From: an uncultured virus (IMG/VR IMGVR_UViG_3300025018_001528)
Taxonomy: Duplodnaviria; Heunggongvirae; Uroviricota; Caudoviricetes
Virus record (IMG/VR): IMGVR_UViG_3300025018_001528
Strand: one strand, 5' to 3'
Length of the DNA: 64,000 nucleotides
The notes under the pieces were generated by a model. It was not told the DNA's origin, did no database searches, and was given only the letters and a program-made list of their open reading frames with translations. The translations under genes and the position numbers were made by a program. Positions 43,299-55,642 of this stretch are shown piece after piece. Numbering within the stretch: position 1 is the stretch's first letter; every line of letters begins with the position of its first letter.

Positions 43299-43944
43299 CT
43301 ATCTCCTCCCTAATGGACTCTGATGATATCACTCTTGGATCAATTTTATAAACCACACCGGACTTAAGTAATTTGTCTATAATAATTTGCATAGCAGAAT
43401 ATTCTGCGTCATTACCAGCTTGTGCTTTAACCTTAACGAATAAGTCCACATTCATTTTAACATTGAATACTTGATTACGATCCATTATCCACCTCTGTTC
43501 TTTTAAATAGTATTATTCTCCCTTGCATCTTTTTGTCTAATCTCCCAACGCATATACGGAGATTTTTTGTTATTAATCTCTGCTGTGCGCCTAACCCGTA
43601 AATATTCTGCAGATAAACGCTCATCCTTCTCTATCAAAGGGTAAAATAATTTATCAAATTCTTTCCACGCCCCAGTCCAAGATGTATCTGAACGTGGAGC
43701 ACCCTTTATTACTAATTCAACAATATCTTCTTCTCCACCCATAAAAATCGTTTCTGATGTGAGTCCCTTACTCTCACATATCTCTTTTATCAAATCTTCT
43801 CTGCACTTTTTGTTTATCGCTTCTGCTTTGTCTACTGCTCTTTTGGATAATGAATATTTTCTTATAATACCCTGTACCTTTTTGGACAAGGTTCCAAATA
43901 CAATCATCCCCTATTCTCCTTTTCTACCTAGATGTCAGGATCAA

Positions 43945-44598
43945 TTAAAGAATCGCTATGGGGTTACTACAACCCAATATGTCTGCTCCAACAAATAGTG
44001 CTGCCATAGCAACTTCTGGTGTTTTTATACCACTAGCTGCTTTTAATACGATGTGCTTACCACTCTCAACAATAACATTATGAATCATTTTTATATGATC
44101 AAGCTTTGTGCTGCCTTTTACCCCTGTGGCCGTTTTAATGTTACCACCTGTCTCTAATATTAATTTTGTCACAGTTATAATTTGCTCGTCTGTCAATGTT
44201 GGTGTTTCAATTATCCACCGTATATTTGCATTCGTTGATAAAAACATCTCAATCATTTCCCCACGTACAAATTGCCACATTCCACTCTGAATATATACCG
44301 GATTTAATACAATATCTAGTGTACTAGCAAATCCACAGAGATCTGATATTTCTGTGAGTTTTGATAGAGTAGATGTATCACCGTTTGGGTATCCAACTAC
44401 ACCAATTATTTCAAAGTCATGTTTGTAGCTAGCTTCCTCTATAAAATTACGTAATTTTGGTATATTAACAAACGAAGATGGAAAACATATCCCTCTAACT
44501 CTAAGGACTGCAACATCTAAAATATACTTACAGATACCATCGATCCCGATATTTTTATTAAGAATCGCAGCTTCTATCAATTTTGGATCTATGGTCAT
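43945..44598 (-). CDS. deoC: deoxyribose-phosphate aldolase-like
   Basis: VVGYPNG, LDIVLN, IIETPTL, IKTATG (Schiff-base Lys), KAASGIKT, GADILGCS. Confidence 0.8.
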   Translation of the reverse strand: MTIDPKLIEAAILNKNIGIDGICKYILDVAVLRVRGICFPSSFVNIPKLRNFIEEASYKHDFEIIGVVGYPNGDTSTLSKLTEISDLCGFASTLDIVLNPVYIQSGMWQFVRGEMIEMFLSTNANIRWIIETPTLTDEQIITVTKLILETGGNIKTATGVKGSTKLDHIKMIHNVIVESGKHIVLKAASGIKTPEVAMAALFVGADILGCSNPIAIL

Positions 44599-45599
44599 AT
44601 AATTTGTATGAACTCCGCTGCTATCGTATCATTTCTTTTCAAAGCTGCCCTTATTAAGGATGGGTAAACATCGCCAAGTTGTTCCCTAGTTAACGGCACT
44701 GTTTTTAATTCGTGCAATATCCTCATAAAACAATTAAAAAGATGATTTCGTTTATAATCCAAACTATAAATTACCTCACGAAACCTTTCCCATCCTTTAC
44801 ATATAGCCTTAGCATATAATACATCACTAGGTGTTGATCCCCATCTTCTTCTGAAATGCCACAAAGCAAACCAGTTAAAGATTTCATCTGGGACCTGTTT
44901 CCCCCTTAAAATTGATACCGCAACTGGTCGTAGCAAATAAAAATCATTGAATCCATAACAAAATCTAGGCAATTTCTTATCTTCTGGAGCAAATCTACGC
45001 TTAATTCTTCCTATAATGTCAGGCCATCTATCAATTACCATTAACTTATATTTACTATCGTCCGCATCCATAAAACTAGCATCCCAGTTTAATATAGCAC
45101 CTATATTAGACGCGTGTCTACCAAAAAATTCTGGTTCAAGAAATTTGTCGGCTATAAGCCCAAGTGGTTGGTATATTTGATTAGTGCTGGCCCCACTACG
45201 CAACCAACCATCAAATTCAAATTTAACACCACTTACAGTCTGCATAAATAAGCGTGCAATATCATCCACTGATACCTTGCTGTGATCCCAAGAACCAGAT
45301 ATGCCGTTAAATCTATTTAAATCGCTTTGTAAATATTTAACTAATGATTGTAGTGATGTATCATCAAGTAATGGTTTCTCCGGTATATCAGAATAAAACC
45401 TTTTTATTTGAATGTCTAATTGTATATTATACGTACAAGTCATTATAATATACCACGCATATCCATATATATCAACAATATTAGACAATTTATCTAGCCT
45501 TTCCGGATCTAGACTTCCCATGGCCCTACCAAGAGATGTCCCACCAAAGCCTTCAAATTGTTTGCGCACTCGTGCCACAAATTCATCGACCATTGCCAC
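44595..45599 (-). CDS. hypothetical protein
   Basis: 334-aa ORF. Confidence 0.7.
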   Translation of the reverse strand: MAMVDEFVARVRKQFEGFGGTSLGRAMGSLDPERLDKLSNIVDIYGYAWYIIMTCTYNIQLDIQIKRFYSDIPEKPLLDDTSLQSLVKYLQSDLNRFNGISGSWDHSKVSVDDIARLFMQTVSGVKFEFDGWLRSGASTNQIYQPLGLIADKFLEPEFFGRHASNIGAILNWDASFMDADDSKYKLMVIDRWPDIIGRIKRRFAPEDKKLPRFCYGFNDFYLLRPVAVSILRGKQVPDEIFNWFALWHFRRRWGSTPSDVLYAKAICKGWERFREVIYSLDYKRNHLFNCFMRILHELKTVPLTREQLGDVYPSLIRAALKRNDTIAAEFIQII

Positions 45600-45807
45600 C
45601 TCCTGGTTTCCTTAAGACAGCCGTGATAAAGAATCGAAGGAAAAAATAAACAGATATTGGCCAGAATATGATCATAAAAATTATATATAGATTAGTATGG
45701 TATATTTCTTGCCTGTCATGTTTATTCTCATCTACTTGGTATACTAAATAACTCATTGCACAGCCGCACAATACCCACATCCCTATAAAAACCACTACAT
45801 TCATCAT
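45583..45807 (-). CDS. small membrane protein
   Basis: Two hydrophobic helices, FWP motif. Confidence 0.55.
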   Translation of the reverse strand: MMNVVVFIGMWVLCGCAMSYLVYQVDENKHDRQEIYHTNLYIIFMIIFWPISVYFFLRFFITAVLRKPGGGNGR

Positions 45808-46059
45808 TACTCCCTAGTAACAGGTTTAATTATATCCCCTTCCATATTCCTTTTCAACAAAGCAACATCGTCTGGAGAAAGTTGTAATAAATCATGCAGT
45901 ATAATATTCTCTGCCTTCTTTACCCTTTCTGTAAGGTGCTGGTTCTTTTCGGTCATAATATTAATTATCCTTAAATAATAATATCTAGTAGCTACCCATG
46001 TAAATGCAATACTTAGCAAAATCAGTAAAATCATTATAATATAGTGGACTATTGTCATT

Positions 46060-47004
46060 TTATCTCCCTATAAAACAGAAATTCTGTGCACGATTCATTA
46101 TGTGGTCGGATACTGGCCCACAAAGGTCATTCACTATCCTACATTCTCTTAATATATCTGTTTTACTTATAATCGGGTTGTCTGTACAGATACTAACTGG
46201 CATTAAATGTTCCAAGAACTCTTTGATTGGATGTTCTACGCCTTGTTTTACAGCCCCAGTATGGTAATTACTACTCACACAACATTCTACCAATATTTGG
46301 TCTCGTGCAATTCTCCTCATTAATTCTTTATCGTGGATTGCAGTACATCCATGGCCAATGCGTTCGACACCAAGAATATCAATGGCTTCCCATATATTTT
46401 GTGGTGACCCGTCTTCACCTGCGTGACATGTTAAATGTAATTTACCAGCCCTAGCCAAATCAAAGGCCTCTTTAAAAAGCCGGGGTGGGAATAGCCGTTC
46501 TGCTCCCGCCAGGTCAAAACCAACTACTCCACATCCCGTATGAAGGTGCTGCGCCTCAGACAACGCAGCACGAGCCATGATTTTGGCAATATGTGGTCCA
46601 TGGTGTTTCATGGATATGATTATTAACCCCATCTTCATATCTTTATATTCTGATACAAAATGGTTCATACCATCTAATATGGCCCTTATTGTCTGCCTGA
46701 CGGTCATCCCTGCGAAGGTATGTATAATGGGCGACCATCGCAATTCCAACGTACGAACTCCAGTATTGTATGCATCACGCGCTATTATATATATCGCATC
46801 CTTAACATTCCCATAAAACTGCGTAACCCACATAGGGACATGAAATCGATTCAAATAATCTAACAATGTTTCATTATCTGTGGCGTATACCATTTCCTGA
46901 AATAACTCAAATGTTTCGCATGGTTGTAACCCATGTTTTTTTAATCTTTCCCACATAAATCCTGGCGGTATAGAACCATCCATGTGCTGATGTAATTCAA
47001 TCAT
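46060..47004 (-). CDS. add: adenosine/adenine deaminase family
   Basis: ELHQHMDGS, ELRWSP, GFDLAGAE, HAGE, RIGHG, CTDNP. Confidence 0.9.
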   Translation of the reverse strand: MIELHQHMDGSIPPGFMWERLKKHGLQPCETFELFQEMVYATDNETLLDYLNRFHVPMWVTQFYGNVKDAIYIIARDAYNTGVRTLELRWSPIIHTFAGMTVRQTIRAILDGMNHFVSEYKDMKMGLIIISMKHHGPHIAKIMARAALSEAQHLHTGCGVVGFDLAGAERLFPPRLFKEAFDLARAGKLHLTCHAGEDGSPQNIWEAIDILGVERIGHGCTAIHDKELMRRIARDQILVECCVSSNYHTGAVKQGVEHPIKEFLEHLMPVSICTDNPIISKTDILRECRIVNDLCGPVSDHIMNRAQNFCFIGR

Positions 47005-48095
47005 GCGGTCTCCATATAATTTGCATCTGATCTAAAGTACCCTATTTTGATCAGGGCCCAACATTTTTGACATATCGCACATCGTTCTTCACCTTGGAGA
47101 TGTGATGCACGACATACCACCCCAGTATTATAGACACATGCTATGACCCCTGGCTCTGGCTTATCTTTAGTTACTCTTATAGTCCCAAAAAATATTGCAA
47201 TTTCCCCGGGTTGCAATATTTTTCCACACGCCGCACAATATCCACAAATTTTAGAGGTAGGCATGATTTATCCCTCCTTTGTTATTGCCTTATCCTTCTT
47301 ACCTTTCTTGGTATTTTCCTTAAAGATCTCAAGACTCTCAACCTTACCAGTAAATGCTAAACATTCCTTCTTTAAAAGTTCCATAATCTCATCTAATTCC
47401 ACAGCAATATGTTTATATTTTTCATCTGAACCAATTTCATCCGCAAAATGTTCATGGTAGATATTTCTTGCAGACTCCAGACATTCTGTTGCTTTTGTAA
47501 GGAGTCCAACTTTCTCAAATACATCTTTCATTAAATTCTTGTGAGCAGACATTACCTTACCATCTCCTTTTTGATAGGGATAATATTAGGATATACAATT
47601 GTATTCATTTCAATTACGCGCCGCAAGTAATCAGGTACCTTTGTTATCTCTTTGTCCAACATTTCACTAAACAACTGCTGAGTATTATTAATTTCTACAA
47701 CCATTGGTTTGGATAATCGATCTTTGTCAATTATGGGATACAAATCTTGCCACTCTTCATATGACATAACCATTGTTATCTTACCATCTTTAACACAGGT
47801 TTGCATTACAGTATTTCCTCCTCTTCATAAGGAACATTTAACTGCCCACATAACCATTCAATTGCAAATGATGCATCATCTTCATCACCACCAAGCCAAT
47901 CACCATCTTCGGCAGGAAGCCCCGTGGCTATTGCTTTAACTGGTGGTTCGTATTCTTTCCATCCAATTAAAATAGGATCTTCTTTTTGAAGGAGTGATAC
48001 TACATCAAGTATGGCCTGTGCAGCCTCAGCTTGTGATCCAATACCATAATATGTAGCATCTGACCATTTTTTCACGGCTTCTTTTAAGGCGTGTT

Positions 48096-48506
48096 CTATG
48101 GTAATTGGGGAGTACCTCCTGTAGTTATTTGGGCTGCTTCCTCCTCCTCTTTCCGCATCGCCGCTATTTCCTCATCTGTAGCCACATTTTTAGCGAGTTC
48201 CTCAGACCAATCATAACGGTGAAAATCCTTTACTGCATCCATATTGACATTCTCATGTTTACTCTTAATATCTTCTAACGATTTTGCAACCTGCTCATCT
48301 ATTTCCATAAAAAATGGCACCATCTTTTTGTACACCAGTTGCTCATATGGGGATAAATCGGACTCAATAACATCAAGGTGTTCCTTGGCCATCCGGACAA
48401 ACTTTCTCATTAACTGCCATTCAGCAGCAGTAAATTTTACATCTATTTCTGGGATACCAAATTCTGCCAACGAATCCACCACCACATGTTCAAGAACAGC
48501 CTTCAT
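48096..48506 (-). CDS. hypothetical acidic protein
   Basis: GGAGGAG RBS; 136 aa. Confidence 0.6.
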   Translation of the reverse strand: MKAVLEHVVVDSLAEFGIPEIDVKFTAAEWQLMRKFVRMAKEHLDVIESDLSPYEQLVYKKMVPFFMEIDEQVAKSLEDIKSKHENVNMDAVKDFHRYDWSEELAKNVATDEEIAAMRKEEEEAAQITTGGTPQLP

Positions 48507-48796
48507 TCTATCTCCTCCGGTTTTATAATCAAGTCAGTATTGCCTTTAGATTCTGCTACCTCCATAAATTCTGTATTTATTGTTTCTTGTGGTGATACTA
48601 CTACCCAATCAGTACCAACCATATCAGCTTCTGATACAAGAAGTGGTACCACATTACCATCTGCTTTTTTAATCTTTAATAATTCTTCATGAAGGAAGAT
48701 ATAAATTGATTGATTATTCCATTCTAATTTCGTTACTTGGTGTCCATTGTGCTTTTATAAATATAGTTGTTTTTGTATGCCGTTCGTTAGAATCAT
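48503..48796 (-). pseudogene. DUF2829/Tad2-like gene interrupted by TAA (48755-48757)
   Basis: GHQVTKLEWNNQSIYIFL...LVSEADMVGTDWVVV resembles the DUF2829 pattern. Confidence 0.4.
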
Positions 48797-51700
48797 GGAA
48801 TTTTAGGTGTATCTTCATCTTTATCCTCTATAGAATCATATATTAATACTTCATCAAGATTAAGCATAACAGCATTTTCCTGCTCTATTAATATTGTTTC
48901 TTTAGACGGGGTATTAGTATGTTTGTGAGCTCGGTTCCATCCATACTCAAGCCCCTCTTCTATTGCACGGCTAATAATAGCATATGTATTTACACGCACA
49001 TTACCTTTAATTTTTATCTTTGTCATCTTTGTCCTCCGATCCATCCAGTTTATAATAACACCTGGGACAACAATTTCCAAATAATTCCTTTTTTACTTCT
49101 TCCCAATCTTTCCAATTTTTAGCAGCTTCCCCAGATTCAATCTTTTTCAATTGCTCCTCTATATCAAGCATTTCTTTAGTTTTAATGGATTTAGTAAATC
49201 GTATACAAAATCCAAGCCCAAATATGACAATCTGAATTTCATATGCACCCAAGATAATATCATTCTCATACATAACCTGGATTAAACACCAATCCCAGTT
49301 TTTCCAATTATAATGCCCAAAAAATTGCGCCCACTCATTAATAAAAGTAAAATATATGCGCTTATAAAATGGTTCATCTCTCTTTACGATCATGTTTTCT
49401 CCGATCTAGGATTGTCAAAATAACGTCTAGTTTTTTGTTCATCTTTTTTATTTCTTCCTCTAGTGAAGGATTAAGATTACAAACACAATATTCCTTACCA
49501 CACTTTGCACATACTTGCCTAGTAGTTAACCAAATTGGATCATTTGGGGGTAATGTTGGTCCATCTGTTTTAAACATTATTTTTGCTCCCAACCTATTAA
49601 TTTACTGGTAGCGGTATGTTCTTCATCACCAATAATCTTTCTCTTTTCAGCCATCACTTTCATATAATATCTACCAATCTCGCCTATAAACATTGAATCA
49701 CCAGCGGGCGCAAACCTATTATGTCTTAATAATTGTTCATAACTCATCCCATCAATTTTCTTTTTAAGTTCTTCGACTGACATTACTCCATCCTCCTTTA
49801 TTTCGTTTACAAATTGGTTTGATTTCTTCACCAATCCTTGGATCGAAAAATCTTTCTTTATTTTCAAATATCAATTTTTGAATACGTTCTTCTAATTTTT
49901 TATATTCTTTGCCACCTAATCGCTTATCTTTAAGTACACAAAATCTTTTATATCGTTTCTCCTTTTCTTGATTTTCTTTATTATGTATGAATGGGAATCT
50001 TAGCCCGTCCATATATTCATATTCTTCTTTAGTAGGATGTACCACAACACGTCCCTTTGGTATATTACTCCACATCTTTATCCCCCCTGTAAACCCATGT
50101 ATGTATAGCTTCAATAATATTCCATTTAATATATTTATGTAAAATATATAAACGCCCAATAAATACAAACTCAGGTCCAAGTTTAATATATAATGAATCA
50201 CACAAGATATTTAATGATGTTTGAATATCAGCCAAATATGCATGTTTAATCAGATTCATTTATATCCTCATCTATATCTTTTTTATGTACTTTTGATTTG
50301 TGTGTTCTATTCGCCTCACACCATGGACACCCCCCATGATTTCTACATGATGCATCGATTGCTTTTGCCTTTCTGTATGGTTTGCGTTTTTCTTTACCAT
50401 GCTTAATCGCCTTATCTAGACTCATCTTGTAACCATTTCTTAGCTTTTAAATATTCTGGTGTAATACGCTGTTCCAAAACATCGATCCCCCTTTTCAAAG
50501 CAATCCACGCATCAACTCCTGAATACCCAAATTTTTTGTAGGCCTCTATAATTAAATCCATATCTTTTTCTTCAAAATCCTCCCCGTCTGCAGTCGCAAA
50601 ATAAAATGTATCATTACAGTTTATAAATGGATGAGCATCTTCATCCCACTTATCTGTCTTCTCATTATAGCTACCCCAAAATACTACGTTCCTACTAGAT
50701 AACCATATTAACTTATGTAAATACTCAATATATTTTATTGGATCTTTAAATTTGTCGAGCATTTTGAGTGGTATTTTTATCATTTTTATTTCCCCACATT
50801 GCGGATAATTGACAATATGCTTTCACATGGGACACTACCACCTTGTTTACATCTATTTTCTATTGCTGTGATAATGTCATCTTTATTTGGTATAAACCCT
50901 TCGCATTTACATGGGAAACCATCAACACCCAATTTCCCACACCCAGCCCCTACTGGTGATACCGTAAAATGGTCTATTTTCCCATGTCCACACTCACACC
51001 TTGTCACATTTTCCCTCCTCATCAGAATCTTTCATCTCTTCGTCAATGAGTGTACGAACTGCTTCCTTAAAACATTTATTCATTTCGGCAAGATGATCAG
51101 TAATACCGACTGCTCTTGGGCCCCATTCAATATTATCAACAGTCATCCTATATAACGAAAATGCCTTTGATATACCATCAATTTCTTTTTTAGTTAAGAT
51201 ACAATCCTTAATGTTGGCATTTACCATTGAGCCTTGGATAACAACATTCATTGCAGACTGTCTTTGACGTTTTAATTTCTCTATCGCAACTTCCAGAAAT
51301 TCTTTTTGATCTGGTTTAACCTGCACATAACTACCAATACCACCAACTAATGCTGCCAATTCATCAAATGGTATAATTGAATTATCTAATTGTTCCTTTA
51401 CCTTCATTATCGTTATCCAATCCATAACGGTTAATTGTCTCCTTAATCTTGGTAAATATACGACTTACCACTAGTTCTGAATTTGCACATATAGGATTGG
51501 TTGGGAAATTTAATTTGTAAAGTAATACTGCTCGCCAAAGTATCCAAAATTGAAATTCATATAATATACCGTCCCTAGATACCACCACAGCAATGGTGTC
51601 TATATGATCAGCATCACTACCATGAGCAATGTGTCGATACATCCGTAATGCATTATTAATATATGTTTTTTCTGATGTATTAAAATATGGAATTGGCACA

Positions 51701-51934
51701 GCACCTTCGTGTGGTTTAAACATACAGATCTTGGGCTTGATACACAAAATATAAATTTTGAAGTTTTACCATTAACAACTCCATTATAATTTCTTGGGGA
51801 AAAGTTTAATACCATAGGCTAGGATGCCTATGCTGCCCGATTGTATGCCGCATTGCGCAGCGGTGCAGGTGGGCAATGGCCGGTATTTCATCCGCCCCGG
51901 CCCAGGCGGCGTAATCTTATTTGTTACTTTCTAC

Positions 51935-52288
51935 TTAATAATCCGAAAAGAACCCCAGCTGTTTGAAGACTTCATCAGGGCTGATGTTCTTTAAATCGAG
52001 TGGAAGAGGCAATCTGTGTGTCCAGAGCTTATCTTGACTCCTGTGAGTTACTGACAGTTGCGCGTCCATGGTCCCCTGATCCACCGAAAAGTAGATGGGC
52101 ACCTTCTTCTGCGGGTCGTTGCTCCGGGTGATTAACATCCATACCCACTTACCTTCCTTGACATGAGGTGTATGGAACTTGCCCAACTTCGGCCTCACGT
52201 TCAAGAGCTTCATCACCCGGACCAGCATTCGCTTGGAAGTTGCAAACCTCAGGTCTTTCTGGTCCACGCATGTCACTTCTGCCAACAT
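51935..52288 (-). CDS. hypothetical protein (GC-richer codon usage)
   Basis: AAGGAGG RBS; 117 aa. Confidence 0.6.
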   Translation of the reverse strand: MLAEVTCVDQKDLRFATSKRMLVRVMKLLNVRPKLGKFHTPHVKEGKWVWMLITRSNDPQKKVPIYFSVDQGTMDAQLSVTHRSQDKLWTHRLPLPLDLKNISPDEVFKQLGFFSDY

Positions 52289-53787
52289 GGTAATATTCCT
52301 CCTTTTGTGGGTCTAAGACCCTTGTGTGTGTGCAATGCACAGCCACTACTACAGTTTAAATAAATCCAGTAGCTTGTTAGTGACAAGCCTCAATACAAAC
52401 AACAGTTCAACATATTTACGATCTTGTTCAAAAACTGTACCATGACTACACTTACTCATATATACCCCCACTTCATATTACCTATTTTATATACGCCTCC
52501 TTTCTACCAGGATAGGCAAACCTGGGTTGTTATTTACACTATATCTTCTTTTTTAACCCTCATACGACATATGTGGGCCCGTTTAATCCGACGATTCTTA
52601 CCACAAGTTTCACATGTTGCTTCTCCACCTTGGTGATGAATATGGAACCAACGACTCTTACATTTGTGACATCGCATCATTTACCCCCGATATTTTGTGG
52701 ATTTTTTTGCTTTATCCCAAACCTCCTTGTTTATTTGTGTAATAACTTTATTGCCTTCTGTTTCATATACCTCATATAAATGCTCTGCGGGGATATGTTT
52801 ACCAAGGCATTCAAAAAGTTTATTAATTTGATCTTGTTGTGTCTCTCCATCACAAATTGCCCCACAGATACTACATTTAATACATGTTGTATTGTTTCTA
52901 AAAATAATATTCCCTATGGTCACTATTACATACCTTGGGGATAGTTTTACCATCATCACCCCCTTAACAAATTTGGGGATATAGGACCATGGTCCTATAT
53001 CCCCATCCACCACAATAAAACAACTATAGTAATCAGAGCCTGATCAGGGCAAACCCAATCTAGGGTGCAGTTAATAACTGCAATACAATAAGCTAACATA
53101 TAAATCTCATAATATATAGAGCCTCGTACTCTCAAGGAGTACACAGGTTACTCGCTCATAAACATAACCCATTAAGGTCCCATAGAGAATACCTCTTTAT
53201 ATTCTTTATTTTTCTCTGGACTCCTCCCCATAAGCTTTTGTCTTCCCCTCCTCAACGGTTGTCTTAATACCACATACTGCAACCACTATAGCCAATTCCT
53301 CAGGAGGGCATTTCCGTAAGTAGTCTTCTACTCGACGGCGGATCTTCTTCCTATGGTCTTCTGTAAAACTACAAACCTCCTTTACTGTTTTATCGATCCA
53401 TTCTAATTCTCGCAAAACCCTCATTACATATTCTCGTTGAATAACCTCCAAACTAGACCCATCAAACCCCATTATTACCTCCAGAGTAAATAGTACTGAT
53501 TAATTTGGGCCATCTAAGCATAGACGACGAAAAGAAAAGAAAATCTTTTAAATTTATACCACCTCCTCGAAATTTGACCAAAATACAGGATTATACGTTT
53601 AAGTGCTGGACAGATACTTCATTGTTGCTATGTTTCGGCACTACACTTCCACAGCAGGATTCCATCCGGCCCCCTGTGTACCCACAGCCTTTATGATGTG
53701 GGTAATATAAACCAATTACTGTAAAACATCTACCTGTAGTAAGTCCAAAACAGAGCCCCACCGGATCATCCAGTGCGGGATGTTTAA

Positions 53788-54297
53788 TCATCTAGATCTT
53801 AAACCCATACCATACCCTTTCGCTCTCCAATCAAACATTTTATCTTTATATCGACCCCATGCATTTGTGGCTCGATTAAAGTCTCTTTCATATATTGAAT
53901 TACCGGGTCTGATTGGTCGTTCGGATTCATATATCAATTCATCATAAACTGAATTACTTGATGGCAAATTTGATATTTGCATATGTAATGGTTGCGTTTC
54001 TACCTTAGTTACCGGTTTTGGAGTATTGACCCTCAATATCACTACCTTATTTCTTTCTGTGGCAGTCCAGTTGTTACCAACTATTGATACACACTCATGT
54101 TCCCGTACTTCAACCCGGGCATTAGCTGGGATACTCGGTGGTAACGCATCACCGAAGTACTTCACCCCAGTCTTGGGGTCCGTGTATGTCATGTATTCCC
54201 CACCGTATGAATCAAAACCCCACATAAAACACAATCCCAAGAGAAATCCACCGATGACAGCAAGCAGCATCTTATGCCACTTATTATCCATGGTCAT
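53788..54297 (-). CDS. DUF4124-like secreted protein
   Basis: Hydrophobic leader then YTDPKTGVKYFGDALPP. Confidence 0.55.
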   Translation of the reverse strand: MTMDNKWHKMLLAVIGGFLLGLCFMWGFDSYGGEYMTYTDPKTGVKYFGDALPPSIPANARVEVREHECVSIVGNNWTATERNKVVILRVNTPKPVTKVETQPLHMQISNLPSSNSVYDELIYESERPIRPGNSIYERDFNRATNAWGRYKDKMFDWRAKGYGMGLRSR

Positions 54298-55312
54298 TCT
54301 CCTCTTATTTCTTTTTAAATTCTTGGCATGAGAACTTCTTTGGTACGAACTTCTTCTCCACCTGGCACCACTTGTCCACCCGCTTCTTGCAATACTTGCA
54401 CAGCTGCTTTTCCGTGTCCATAGGGCTCTCCTATCGAACGAATTTTTACTTCCTTGATATCCACCCAGTCCAACGGACGTTCATCAAAACTATATTGGCA
54501 GTTCGTACAGACACGTTCTATCGCCTCCTCATACTCTATTGATACAAATACATCTTTTAATATTCCACCACATTTAGGACAGTTACCGCCAGAGTATTGA
54601 TCCATTATAATTTTATTTTCACTGTCTTCTTCTTGGCCTTAGCTCTTACCACTGACTCAAAATTAATACACTGCACAGACAGTAACACTGTAATTACACT
54701 GGATAATGTATGATTCGAAAGTTTGCTTACCTTGTTTAGCCATACCTGCACTTCTTTCTCCACATCTAAATCCACTACTGATGTAAGCTTTGTTGGATCA
54801 ATTAACCCAAGTCGTGGTTCTTCGGTTACCTTTGGTTTTCTCATTACTCCTCCTTAATTACTTTTTGGTGCCATTAAATTACACTCACCACAGGTACATG
54901 TTTCAAATTTTGCGGCTTGATCATTGGACATTTCAAGTCTTGCAACCTCCATATTATGTCTATTGCACCATACAATGGTCTCACCAAAAGGGGTAACACC
55001 AATCTGTTGTCTGGCATAATCCTTTGGCGAAATGCCACCTGGACGTTCATCCAAACATTTCTTACAATGCAACCAAAACGATACTTCTTCTGACATCATT
55101 ACCTCCCTATTCTTGATCCAAAAGAGTCTCGCCATCTTGCGAAAAGTTCCAACCTTTTGGGATATTCTTCCCTGTTTTATTCATAAATCGTTGGTTCATA
55201 TCGTCAATTATATCTGATTCAGCAGGACCTAAATTAACATTGCATCGAAATCATTTGAAATATTTTAATTCAGTAGCTCGTTCTCGGGTCATCAAATCCT
55301 CCTAAAAAAATG

Positions 55313-55399
55313 TGGTGTGGAAGGAGAGAATTGAACTCTCACGGCCCTAAGGCCAAGGGCTTTTAAGGCCCTTGCGTCTACGAATTCCGCCACTCCCCC
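55313..55399 (-). tRNA. tRNA-Leu(TAA)
   Basis: AGGGC-CTTAAAA-GCCCT anticodon arm, long variable arm, GAGAGTTCAATTCTCTC T arm, ACCA end. Confidence 0.9.
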
Positions 55400-55550
55400 T
55401 TTATCTTGGCATATGTTTTTAGACAATGATTTTCTAGATTCTCTCTTACGTTATTTTCATTATTACCATCTTTATGATGAAGATGTTTGCTTAATGGCTC
55501 TCCCATCCAATCTGTTACACCACATTTGTAGCATTTATCTTCTGATACTC
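55400..55550 (-). pseudogene. HNH endonuclease remnant
   Basis: CYKCGVTDWMGEPL..HLHHKDGNNENN.RENL, truncated at both ends. Confidence 0.65.
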
Positions 55551-55558
55551 CTTTCTTT

Positions 55559-55641
55559 TGGTATCGCTGGGAGATGTTACCCATGGTAGCAGAGGAGATA
55601 CTATCAACCCCACAATTAGGATAGAGCATCTCCCAGCGATA
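55559..55641 (-). ncRNA. CCA-terminated long-stem tRNA-like RNA (unclassified)
   Basis: TATCGCTGGGAGATG...CATCTCCCAGCGATA-CCA, 15-bp perfect stem starting just after tRNA-Ile. Confidence 0.5.
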
Positions 55642-55642
55642 T

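Noticed and set aside
55378..55629. 83-aa ORF as a real gene
   Set aside because: It spans the CCA hairpin, an HNH remnant and the 5' end of tRNA-Leu; a chimeric reading frame.
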